This document shows, piece after piece, positions 1-7,312 of a stretch of DNA of 30,584 nt (position 1 is its first letter; every line of letters begins with the position of its first letter). The notes below the pieces were generated by a model. That model ran no database searches. It saw only the letters and a program-made list of their open reading frames with translations, and was not told the DNA's origin. The DNA comes from an uncultured Clostridia bacterium (lineage in GTDB: Bacteria > Bacillota > Clostridia > Christensenellales > UBA1242), in the NCBI GenBank assembly GCA_947628195.1, contig CANQZB010000001.1, positions 1 through 30,584 on the forward strand, written 5' to 3'. The position numbers and the translations under genes were made by a program.

Positions 1-604
1 CGCTTCCGTTTAGGTACAAGCCCAATTTAACATTAAGATTGTTTTCATCATCGGTTTTAATATAAAAATAGTAAGTTGTCCAATTTCTAAACGAACTAAT
101 ATTGTTTAATTCGCCAACAATATCATCGCTATCGGCATCTCTAAGTAGCAATGAGCCTATGCCGGCGTTTGTGTCGGTTAAAACATCTATAGTTATGCGG
201 TAATAACTGGAAGAAGAAAGCTCAATAGCGTTAGTGGTTTCATAACCGAAATAAGTTTGATGCACATTGTCGTTTTCATCTGCTGAGCTAATTTTTAGCG
301 CATAATTATCTGGCCTGCTAGCTTGTGGGATATTAAATTTATCATTTTTACTATCTGTTAAATTAATAACGCCAGTTTCAACATTGGATATTTCCGCATT
401 CGCACTGGCAGTGTAACTATTTGGCATGTAAGAAGAAGCGTTATAATCCATAAAGTTAGCGTTTGGCATTAAGTTAGTTTCAGTTGCAGCATTAACAATT
501 GGAATTTGCTTAATCGCGCCCATTAACCCTATGTTTGCAGTTAATATCAACACAAAGGTTAAAATAATGCCCGATATTTTTTTCATAAATTTAGTAATTT
601 TCAT
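1..604 (-). CDS. Partial (runs off window start) secreted protein with a possible CBM4/9-like beta-sandwich domain
   Basis: Not in the ORF track because it has no stop in the window. Hand translation from ATG 604 (SD-like AAGAGG at 615-610) is open to base 2: MKITKFMKKISGIILTFVLILTANIGLMGAIKQIPIVNA-ATETNLMPNANF...YYRITIDVLTD...WTTYYFYIKT. It has a signal peptide with a VNA cleavage site. The NL-x-N-x-F start and W-T-x-Y strand resemble CBM4/9-type domains. Confidence 0.75.
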   Translation of the reverse strand, partial: MKITKFMKKISGIILTFVLILTANIGLMGAIKQIPIVNAATETNLMPNANFMDYNASSYMPNSYTASANAEISNVETGVINLTDSKNDKFNIPQASRPDNYALKISSADENDNVHQTYFGYETTNAIELSSSSYYRITIDVLTDTNAGIGSLLLRDADSDDIVGELNNISSFRNWTTYYFYIKTDDENNLNVKLGLYLNGS

Positions 605-641
605 TGTAACCTCTTTTAAATTATTGCTAATAAACTTTCTT

Positions 642-670
642 ATTATAATACAAACTTAAAAAAAAAGCAA
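642..670 (-). promoter_or_regulatory. sigmaA-like promoter for the 1-604 gene
   Basis: On the minus strand: TTGCTT (670-665), 17 bp, TATAAT (647-642). The -10 lies in the palindrome TATTATAATA (641-650), which also gives a plus-strand TATAAT at 644-649. Confidence 0.5.
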
Positions 671-702
671 ATAAAAAATGGCAATTCGTGCACAATAAGA
701 GT

Positions 703-1065
703 ATGAAAAAGGTAAACAAATTCTATCTTGTGCTGTTTGGGGCGCTTATTGGCGTTATAAATGGCTTTTTCGGCGGTGGCGGAGGTATGGTGGTTGTGCC
801 AGTTTTGAATAAATTGTTTAAAATGGAACAAAAAAAGGCCCAAGCCACAGCTTTGTTCGTAATTTTGCCAATAAGTTTGGTTAGCACAATTGTGTATATG
901 TCGTTTAAGTCTATTAATTTTCAGGCTGGCTGGCCAGTTATAGCGGGCATTGTTGCCGGTGGCGTTATTGGTGCATTTTTGTTAAATAAGCTTAACAACA
1001 GAACAATAAAATATATTTTTATTTTTTTTATGTTTTTGGGCGGAATAGGAATGTTAATTTGGTAG
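703..1065 (+). CDS. TauE/SafE (TSUP) family membrane protein, half-size unit 1
   Basis: About 4 TM helices, with motifs GVINGFFGGGGGMVVVP and AQATALFVILP. ATG 703 is preferred over GTG 688. Confidence 0.85.
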   Translation: MKKVNKFYLVLFGALIGVINGFFGGGGGMVVVPVLNKLFKMEQKKAQATALFVILPISLVSTIVYMSFKSINFQAGWPVIAGIVAGGVIGAFLLNKLNNRTIKYIFIFFMFLGGIGMLIW

Positions 1066-1071
1066 GTTAAA

Positions 1072-1455
1072 ATGATTATTTGGGAAATTATAGCAGGAAT
1101 ATTAGGCGGAATTATTGGCGGAATGGGAATGGGAGGAGGAACTCTTACAATACCCATTCTAACAATTTTTTTGCATTATAAACAGTTGTTTGCTCAAGGC
1201 ATTAATTTAATTGCCTTTTTGCCAATGAGCTTTATTGCAATTATAATTCACATTAAAAATCATTTAGTGGCCTTTAAAGAAACCTGGTTGTTGGCTCTGG
1301 TGGGTTGCATTTTTAGTTTGGGTGGGGCATTAATTGCCAATCATATATCAAATTCCATATTAAAAAAGTTGTTTGCATTGTTTTTAATTGGCTTGGCAAT
1401 ATGGCAATTAATAGAACTTATAAAACAAAAAAATCAAAAACAAGATACAAAATAG
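1072..1455 (+). CDS. TauE/SafE (TSUP) family membrane protein, half-size unit 2
   Basis: About 4 TM helices, with motifs GGIIGGMGMGGGTLTIP and AQGINLIAFLP. It starts 6 bp after the unit 1 stop. Confidence 0.85.
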   Translation: MIIWEIIAGILGGIIGGMGMGGGTLTIPILTIFLHYKQLFAQGINLIAFLPMSFIAIIIHIKNHLVAFKETWLLALVGCIFSLGGALIANHISNSILKKLFALFLIGLAIWQLIELIKQKNQKQDTK

Positions 1456-2165
1456 TTATGCTCAACAACAATCTTAATTAAATTGTATTTCAACTTATAC
1501 AATTGGTTGTTGTTCACACAATCGCTCAATTCTTTTATGCAAGAGTTAATGTTGTTTATGTTTTGTTTGGATTTTATATATTTAGAATTTTCACTAAAAT
1601 TTGAAAAAAATTTGTTGCAAATCTGTTCATAATCAGTGCTTAAATTGTTAAAAAAATTTTTTAAATCGTCAATATTTATATCATTTTTATCAAAATTTAC
1701 AATATTTTCATACAAATTTTCAACATTTTCTAAATTTTTTTCAATAATTTCAAAAACTATTTGATTTTGTTTATCGGTTAAATTCTTGTGCTTTTTAAAA
1801 TTTGCACATTCAATTGAAAACACTTTTGCGGTTGGATAATCCTCTTTAATATTATTGCACACTTGCTGTGCGCTTTGCTGATTTAAATAATATCCCGCCA
1901 ACACATGATAAGAGGAGTCAAAATAAATATAACCAGCGCCATTGCGTGCCTGAATTTCGGCAGATAACGCATTTGCATCGAAATATTTTAAAAAATTGTT
2001 AACTTCAACAAAATAAAAGTTTGATACAACATTTTTTTTCGGCTTTATAAAATAAATTACCCCTAGCAGAACAACGGCAAAAAAAATTAACAAATAAATA
2101 GATATACCAATGCTAGACCTTACTTTACGCTTATATTCATTATAGTCAAACTTATAATCTTGCAT
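1434..2165 (-). CDS. Single-pass membrane protein with probable SPOR-like domain
   Basis: An N-terminal TM helix is followed by FYFVEV...EIQARNGAGYIY..SYHVLAGYY..QQSAQQVCNNI, a beta-alpha-beta pattern like SPOR peptidoglycan-binding domains. The C-terminus is helical. Its 3' end overlaps the convergent TauE gene by 22 bp. Confidence 0.6.
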   Translation of the reverse strand: MQDYKFDYNEYKRKVRSSIGISIYLLIFFAVVLLGVIYFIKPKKNVVSNFYFVEVNNFLKYFDANALSAEIQARNGAGYIYFDSSYHVLAGYYLNQQSAQQVCNNIKEDYPTAKVFSIECANFKKHKNLTDKQNQIVFEIIEKNLENVENLYENIVNFDKNDINIDDLKNFFNNLSTDYEQICNKFFSNFSENSKYIKSKQNINNINSCIKELSDCVNNNQLYKLKYNLIKIVVEHNYFVSCF

Positions 2166-2258
2166 ATCTATTATATTTTTTTATTTCAATTTTATGAAAA
2201 ATGTCAGTGTTTGGATAAATTCGTGCCTTTCATAGTTATAATGAGGGTAGGAGGAAAT

Positions 2259-2546
2259 ATGAAAATAAAACCTTTATTTGACAGGGTGGTTGTTCTACCC
2301 ATAAACGAACAAAAAGCCTCTCACGGAGGTCTGGTTTTGCCGGAGACGGCCATGTCCGAACAGACGATTGGCAAAATTGTTGCCGTTGGCAGTGGCACGA
2401 CTTTTGATGGCAATAGTTGTGAAATGTTTGTTAAACCTAACGACACAATAGTGTTTAACAAATATACGTGTGATGAGGTTAAATTAGACAACACCACACA
2501 TTACGTTTTGCGTCAAATAGATATTATAGGAGTATTAGATGATTAA
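2259..2546 (+). CDS. groES: Co-chaperonin GroES (95 aa)
   Basis: MKIKPLFDRVVV...GGLVLPET...GKIVAVGSG...YVLRQIDIIGVL. The start is ATG 2259 after SD GGAGG (2250-2254), not 2160 as in the track. Confidence 0.95.
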   Translation: MKIKPLFDRVVVLPINEQKASHGGLVLPETAMSEQTIGKIVAVGSGTTFDGNSCEMFVKPNDTIVFNKYTCDEVKLDNTTHYVLRQIDIIGVLDD

Positions 2547-4140
2547 ACATATTATAGAAAATGGCGATACTGCCAAATTAAAGTTGTTAAAAGGGGTGGA
2601 AACACTTTCAAACGCGGTTAAAATAACCTTGGGGCCAAAAGGCCGAAATGCAATAATAAGTTGCAATTATTCCAAACCCGTTATTACCAACGATGGTGTT
2701 AGCATTGCAAAAGACATAACGCTTGATGACGTTGTTGAAAATTTGGGTGTAAACATCATTAAGGAAGCCTGCACCAAAACCAACGATATTGCAGGTGATG
2801 GCACAACAACTGCCACAATTTTAGCGGAAAAAATATTTAGCGAAGGCTTAAAAAGTTTTACCACGGGCGCCAATCCAATAATGTTAAGAAACGGAATAAA
2901 AAAAGCGATTGAGTTTGTAATTAACAATGTAAAAAAGCATTCCAAACCTGTTAAAGATAATAATTCTATTTGCCAAGTTGCCAGTATTTCCGCGGGGAGT
3001 GAAAGTGTTGGCAAACTGATTGCTTTGGCATATGAAAAAGTGGGGTTAGATGGCGTTATTACAATAGAAGAGGGTAACAATATTGAAAATTGTTTAAACA
3101 TTGTTGAAGGGGCACGAATCAACCGTGGATACATTAGCCCATATATGTGCAATGACCAAGTTAAACAGACTGCCGAGCTTAATAATCCTTATATTTTAAT
3201 TACAGATAAAAAAATTTCTCATATCAATGAAATTTTACCGATAATTGAAAAAGTTAACAATGTTAACGGCTGTTTGTTTATTATTGCTGAAGATTTAGAG
3301 GGCGATGCGCTTACAACTGTGGTTATAAATAATATGCGCAATATATTTAGCTGTTTGGCAATAAAAGCACCATATTTTGGAGATAGGCGAAAGAAAACAT
3401 TAGACGACCTTGCGCTAAGTGTGGGAGGCAAATTTATTTCTTCAGATTTATATAATAATTTTAGCGATGTAACGCTTGATGATTTGGGCAGATGTGAAAA
3501 AGTTAAATCGGATAAAGATAATACAATAATAATTGGCGCAAAAGGAAATGAATTGCTTATTCAAGAGCGCGTAAAAGAATTAAAAGAAAAGCTTAAAACC
3601 ACAACAAATGAATTTGACCGAGAGGTGATAAAAGGAAGAATTTCACATTTAAATGGCGGAATTGCGGTTATAAAAGTTGGTGCAGTTAGTGAATATGAAT
3701 TAAAAGAAAAAAAATTAAGGATTGAAGATGCATTAAACGCTACAATGTCTGCCATTGAAGAAGGAATTGTTGCCGGTGGTGGCGTTGCACTGTTAAAAAC
3801 CAAACCCGAATTAGAGAAGTTTACTGAAAACTTAACGGGAGATGAAAAATACGGGGCGATGATAATTTTAAAAGCGATTGAAGCGCCAATAAGGCAAATT
3901 GCCAAAAACGCAGGGGTTGACGATGGAGTTGTTGTTCAAACCGTGCTAAATAATGAAAGCGATACTTTTGGCTATGATGCATATAACGATAAATTTTGCG
4001 ATATGTTTGAAACCGGAATATTAGACCCATTAAAAGTAACCCGAATTGCACTTGAAAGTGCAGGCAGTGTGGCTTCTACATTGCTTACAACCGAATGTGT
4101 TGTTGCTCAAGAATGTGATTTGGATGAAATAAGAAAATAA
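2539..4140 (+). CDS. groEL: Chaperonin GroEL (divergent, 533 aa)
   Basis: TLGPKGRN, ITNDGVSIA, AGDGTTTAT, RIEDALNAT and ILDPLKVTRIALESAGSVA are present. It overlaps the groES stop and has no C-terminal GGM tail. Confidence 0.97.
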   Translation: MIKHIIENGDTAKLKLLKGVETLSNAVKITLGPKGRNAIISCNYSKPVITNDGVSIAKDITLDDVVENLGVNIIKEACTKTNDIAGDGTTTATILAEKIFSEGLKSFTTGANPIMLRNGIKKAIEFVINNVKKHSKPVKDNNSICQVASISAGSESVGKLIALAYEKVGLDGVITIEEGNNIENCLNIVEGARINRGYISPYMCNDQVKQTAELNNPYILITDKKISHINEILPIIEKVNNVNGCLFIIAEDLEGDALTTVVINNMRNIFSCLAIKAPYFGDRRKKTLDDLALSVGGKFISSDLYNNFSDVTLDDLGRCEKVKSDKDNTIIIGAKGNELLIQERVKELKEKLKTTTNEFDREVIKGRISHLNGGIAVIKVGAVSEYELKEKKLRIEDALNATMSAIEEGIVAGGGVALLKTKPELEKFTENLTGDEKYGAMIILKAIEAPIRQIAKNAGVDDGVVVQTVLNNESDTFGYDAYNDKFCDMFETGILDPLKVTRIALESAGSVASTLLTTECVVAQECDLDEIRK

Positions 4141-4153
4141 AAATTAAAAAAAT

Positions 4154-4180
4154 AAAAATGCGGTTTAACCGCATTTTTTT
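4154..4180. terminator. Bidirectional intrinsic terminator between convergent groEL and valS
   Basis: AAAAATGCGGTT-T-AACCGCATTTTT perfect inverted repeat, with A and T tracts on either side. Confidence 0.85.
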
Positions 4181-6593
4181 AATTGTTTTCAACAATTTTG
4201 CCAATTTTAACATCAAAATTGTTGGTTTCGTAATTTAATTTCCTTATTCCGCAAACGGCTTTAATGTCTGCCTCGCACTGCTTAATAAAGGTTAAATCTG
4301 GGTTGGAAATTGTAACTTCTTCAATTTCGGTTTTTAAGCTTAATTTGTTTTCGCTTTTAAATTGCCTTACGCGTGAAACAACGTCAATAACCAAATCACC
4401 ATTTGCAATAATGTTTTCTTTTTCAATTTGGATTGGTGAAAGAGTGGTTAAGTGAATGCTTTTTTCGCCTTCAAATTGCCTAAAATAGGTTTGATAAATT
4501 TCTTCTGCGATGTGTGGCATAGTAATGCCCAAAAGTTGCAACATTTTAAACAAAACATTATAACAAGCCCACTGCGCGCTTTGTTTTGCTTCAATCCCAT
4601 AAATTTCTGGCTTATATAATCTGTTTTTAACAAGTTCAATGTAATTATCGCAAAAGAAGTAAAAGAATTTTTCAATTTCCGCTTTTGCATAACCCATTTC
4701 CACATCTTTATAAAAAGCGTAAGTTTTTGCATAGGCTTCGTTAAATTTGTGCATAATGTAACGGTCCATTGGCAAAATTGTTTTTGGCATTCTTGGGACA
4801 TAATCATATAAGAAATTTAAAACAAATTTACTGCCGTTCCAAATTTTATTTAAAAGTTTATATCCGTCTTTTAAACCTTCTTCGTTGAACATAACATCTC
4901 GCCCATAAGCACCGCTTGCGCTGAAATATCTTACAACGTCGGCACCGTAGGTGGACATAATTTGTGTTAAATCCATTTTGGTGTTGGAAAGGTGTTTACT
5001 AATTTTTATGCCTTTATCTGCCATCATCCAACCATTAATTATTAAGGATTTCCATGGCAAGGTGCCTTGATGATAGTATGCTTTAATTATTGTGCGCAAA
5101 CACCAGGTTGTGATAATATCGCGCCCGGCAAAACGCATATCCATAGGAATTTTTTTGTTTGCGCCAACTTCATCTTCTGCCCAATTTGTGTTAATTTGTG
5201 GGGTAACAGAACTTGTTGCCCAAGTGTCCATAACATCTGTTTCTGGCACAAAATTACCGCCACAAGCGCATTTTTCTTTTGGCTGGGTGGAAAGTGGGTT
5301 TACTGGCAAATCTTTAATATCTGCGTATTTAATTGCACCACAATTTTCACAATACCAAACAGGGAATGGCACGCCAAAATATCTCTGGCGGGAAATGCTC
5401 CAATCCTGATTTAAATTGTTTACCCAAGCCATATAGCGCGTTTTCATGCTTTCTGGGTGCCATTCTAATTCATTGCCCAACTCTGCCCATTTTTGCTTTA
5501 ATTCTGGCGTGGAAGTGCGAATAAACCACTGCTTTTTAGTTAAAAATTCAATAGGTTGATCGCACCTTTCGTGCACTTTAACGCTGTGGGTGAGTGGCTC
5601 TTGCTTATACAAATAGCCTTGCGCTTGCAAATCTTCAATAACCGCCTTGCGGGCCTCTGTTGTTTTAAGGCCGGCATATTTACCGCAAATATCCGTCATT
5701 CGCCCGCCATCATCAATGGCTTGCTTTAACTCTAAATTGTATTCCTTCCACCATTCTACGTCAGTTTGGTCGCCAAACGTACAGCACATAACAATGCCTG
5801 TGCCTTTATCTATGCCAACTTTGCTATCTGCATAAATTTTTACAACTCTATCTTCAAAAAGTGGAACTTTAACAAGTTTGCCAACTAGGTGGGCGTAACG
5901 TTTATCTTCCGGATTAACAAATATTCCAACGCAGGCAGGCAAAAACTCCGGCCTTGTGGTTGCAATTGGAATAGTGCCACTGTTATCTGCAAGTTTAAAA
6001 TTAAGGTAGTTAAATACGCTATCTAAATCTTTATCTTCCAACTCAAACATGGCAACGCTTGTTCTGCACTTTGTGCACCATGGGCTTGGCTTGTTCTCCC
6101 TATATGCAATGCCTTTTTTTGCAAGTTCTATAAACGATTTTTGGCTGGTTTTTTGACTGCGATTATCTATTGTGTTAAAACCCAAACTTAAATCACAACT
6201 CATGCCAGCACGCATCATTAAATCTTTATACTTTTGATTGTATCCCGCAACTAAATCTAACGCAATTTTTGTAAATTCCTCACGTGGAAGCGTGTGAGCA
6301 CGAATGTTATTAACTTTTTCAACCAACAACTCGGTTGGCAGGCCGTTGTTATCAAAACCAAGAGGGTAAAAAAGATTTTTGCCCTGCATTCTGTTAAAAC
6401 GAGCAATCATATCTGCTTGGCTAAAACCGTAAATATGACCTATATGCAACTCACCGCTAACTGTTGGGGGTGGGGTGTCTATAGAAAAGGTTGGCTTTTT
6501 GGAATTTGGGTCAAATTTATAAATTCCTTCATCTTGCCAAAACTTTTCCCATTTAAGTTCTTTTTCTTCAATGTTATATTTGTTATCTAGCAT
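4179..6593 (-). CDS. valS: Valine--tRNA ligase, archaeal-like (type 2) form, 804 aa
   Basis: DTPPPTVSGELHIGH (HIGH), ATTRPEFL, GTGIVMCCTFGDQTDVEWW, WSISRQRYFGVPFPVWY and VMDTWATSS are present. The KMSKS position reads KISKH. There is no C-terminal coiled-coil arm. Confidence 0.95.
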   Translation of the reverse strand: MLDNKYNIEEKELKWEKFWQDEGIYKFDPNSKKPTFSIDTPPPTVSGELHIGHIYGFSQADMIARFNRMQGKNLFYPLGFDNNGLPTELLVEKVNNIRAHTLPREEFTKIALDLVAGYNQKYKDLMMRAGMSCDLSLGFNTIDNRSQKTSQKSFIELAKKGIAYRENKPSPWCTKCRTSVAMFELEDKDLDSVFNYLNFKLADNSGTIPIATTRPEFLPACVGIFVNPEDKRYAHLVGKLVKVPLFEDRVVKIYADSKVGIDKGTGIVMCCTFGDQTDVEWWKEYNLELKQAIDDGGRMTDICGKYAGLKTTEARKAVIEDLQAQGYLYKQEPLTHSVKVHERCDQPIEFLTKKQWFIRTSTPELKQKWAELGNELEWHPESMKTRYMAWVNNLNQDWSISRQRYFGVPFPVWYCENCGAIKYADIKDLPVNPLSTQPKEKCACGGNFVPETDVMDTWATSSVTPQINTNWAEDEVGANKKIPMDMRFAGRDIITTWCLRTIIKAYYHQGTLPWKSLIINGWMMADKGIKISKHLSNTKMDLTQIMSTYGADVVRYFSASGAYGRDVMFNEEGLKDGYKLLNKIWNGSKFVLNFLYDYVPRMPKTILPMDRYIMHKFNEAYAKTYAFYKDVEMGYAKAEIEKFFYFFCDNYIELVKNRLYKPEIYGIEAKQSAQWACYNVLFKMLQLLGITMPHIAEEIYQTYFRQFEGEKSIHLTTLSPIQIEKENIIANGDLVIDVVSRVRQFKSENKLSLKTEIEEVTISNPDLTFIKQCEADIKAVCGIRKLNYETNNFDVKIGKIVENN

Positions 6594-6614
6594 TTTTATC
6601 TCCTAAACTTGGCA

Positions 6615-6643
6615 ATTATAACATAAATTAACATAAAAATCAA
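6615..6643 (-). promoter_or_regulatory. valS promoter (extended -10)
   Basis: On the minus strand: TTGATT (6643-6638), 17 bp, TG-T-TATAAT (6620-6615). SD AGGAG lies just upstream of ATG 6593. Confidence 0.7.
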
Positions 6644-6686
6644 CTAATTGCTAATTAAAATTAAACTAAAATAGCTCTTCATTTTG

Positions 6687-6716
6687 TTGACAAACTTAAA
6701 TTTTGCGTGTTATAAT
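6687..6716 (+). promoter_or_regulatory. Consensus sigmaA promoter
   Basis: TTGACA (6687-6692), 18 bp, TG-T-TATAAT (6711-6716). Confidence 0.75.
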
Positions 6717-6737
6717 CTTTTAACAAAAGGAGAAATT

Positions 6738-7100
6738 ATGACAATTGAAAATTTAAAAGAATTTTTTAAACAAATTGGCTTTGATTGGACCGGTAAAATT
6801 TTTGATTCAGCGTGGCACGTTGTGCCATTTGGAAGTGATGACCAAACTTTCACACCAAAAACCTTTGAGGAAATATTGAAATATGAACAAGAATGCGATC
6901 CGATGCCTCGTTTTGTTTTTATCCGCAAAGATTGGCAAGGAAACTTAATAAATTCCTATCATTCGTTTAGAGTTATACCCGAAAGGTTTGAAGAGTTCAG
7001 GGATTATGATGATGGTTTAGGCTGGGAATTGGGCAGAGGCATAAACTACACCGAACAATGGCTTGAATTTCAAAAAGGATTAGGTGTTAATTTGGCATAA
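6738..7100 (+). CDS. Hypothetical protein (120 aa)
   Basis: ATG 6738 follows SD AAGGAG. It has its own promoter and terminator. The protein is aromatic-rich, soluble-looking and has no motif I recognise. Confidence 0.8.
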   Translation: MTIENLKEFFKQIGFDWTGKIFDSAWHVVPFGSDDQTFTPKTFEEILKYEQECDPMPRFVFIRKDWQGNLINSYHSFRVIPERFEEFRDYDDGLGWELGRGINYTEQWLEFQKGLGVNLA

Positions 7101-7110
7101 TTATAAAATA

Positions 7111-7142
7111 AAAATGTCGGCATAAAGCCGACTTTTTCTTTT
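7111..7142. terminator. Intrinsic terminator, usable in both directions
   Basis: AAAAT-GTCGGC-ATAAA-GCCGAC-TTTTTCTTTT. Confidence 0.8.
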
Positions 7143-7190
7143 GTGCTTTAAAAATTTTATCTTTTGTATTTTATGTACTTCTTCTTTTGT
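7137..7190. repeat. Three exact TCTTTTGT direct repeats with 23-bp period
   Basis: Copies are at 7137-7144, 7160-7167 and 7183-7190. Confidence 0.8.
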
Positions 7191-7198
7191 ACATATTT

Positions 7199-7227
7199 AT
7201 ATTAGCACAATTTAAAAAATTTGTCAA
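7199..7227 (-). promoter_or_regulatory. Minus-strand sigmaA promoter with no downstream protein gene
   Basis: TTGACA (7227-7222), 17 bp, TG-C-TAATAT (7204-7199). The architecture matches the promoter at 28097-28069. Confidence 0.6.
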
Positions 7228-7283
7228 TTATTTTAATAAAAATGTTTTATTTGTAATATTTTAGTAAAAACTAACGCAAATTG

Positions 7284-7312
7284 TTGCAAAAAAGCAAACA
7301 AAATATTATAAT
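7284..7312 (+). promoter_or_regulatory. Candidate rsmA promoter
   Basis: TTGCAA (7284-7289), 17 bp, TATAAT (7307-7312). It would give a leader of about 180 nt. Confidence 0.55.

Noticed and set aside
1063-1074. TauE pair as a frameshifted pseudogene
   Set aside because: The second half has its own ATG and its own N-terminal Gly-rich repeat motif, and neither half shows decay.
2231-2242. CATAGTTA as a sporulation sigma (E/K/G) -10 for groES
   Set aside because: It does not fit the consensus spacing to a -35. An overlapping TATAAT (2237-2242) explains it equally well.
2160-2258. Track starts for groES (2160), tig (21550), the orphan (6684) and the 18623 ORF
   Set aside because: The extensions overlap promoters or SDs. 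Downstream ATGs with good SD sequences match the expected protein lengths.
4372-4380. CGTGAAACA as parS
   Set aside because: It is a half-site only and lies inside valS coding sequence.
7137-7190. Periodic repeats as a CRISPR array or type III antitoxin
   Set aside because: The repeats are only 8 bp with 15-bp gaps and no cas genes are present. No toxin ORF follows on the same strand.
7171-7194. Mini-ORF MYKRRST on the minus strand
   Set aside because: There is no SD, and the ATG is only 4 nt from the -10, so it probably lies at or before the start site.
7202-7228. TTAGCAC as a CIRCE half-site
   Set aside because: There is no GAGTGCTAA partner at N9, and it is not near a heat-shock gene.
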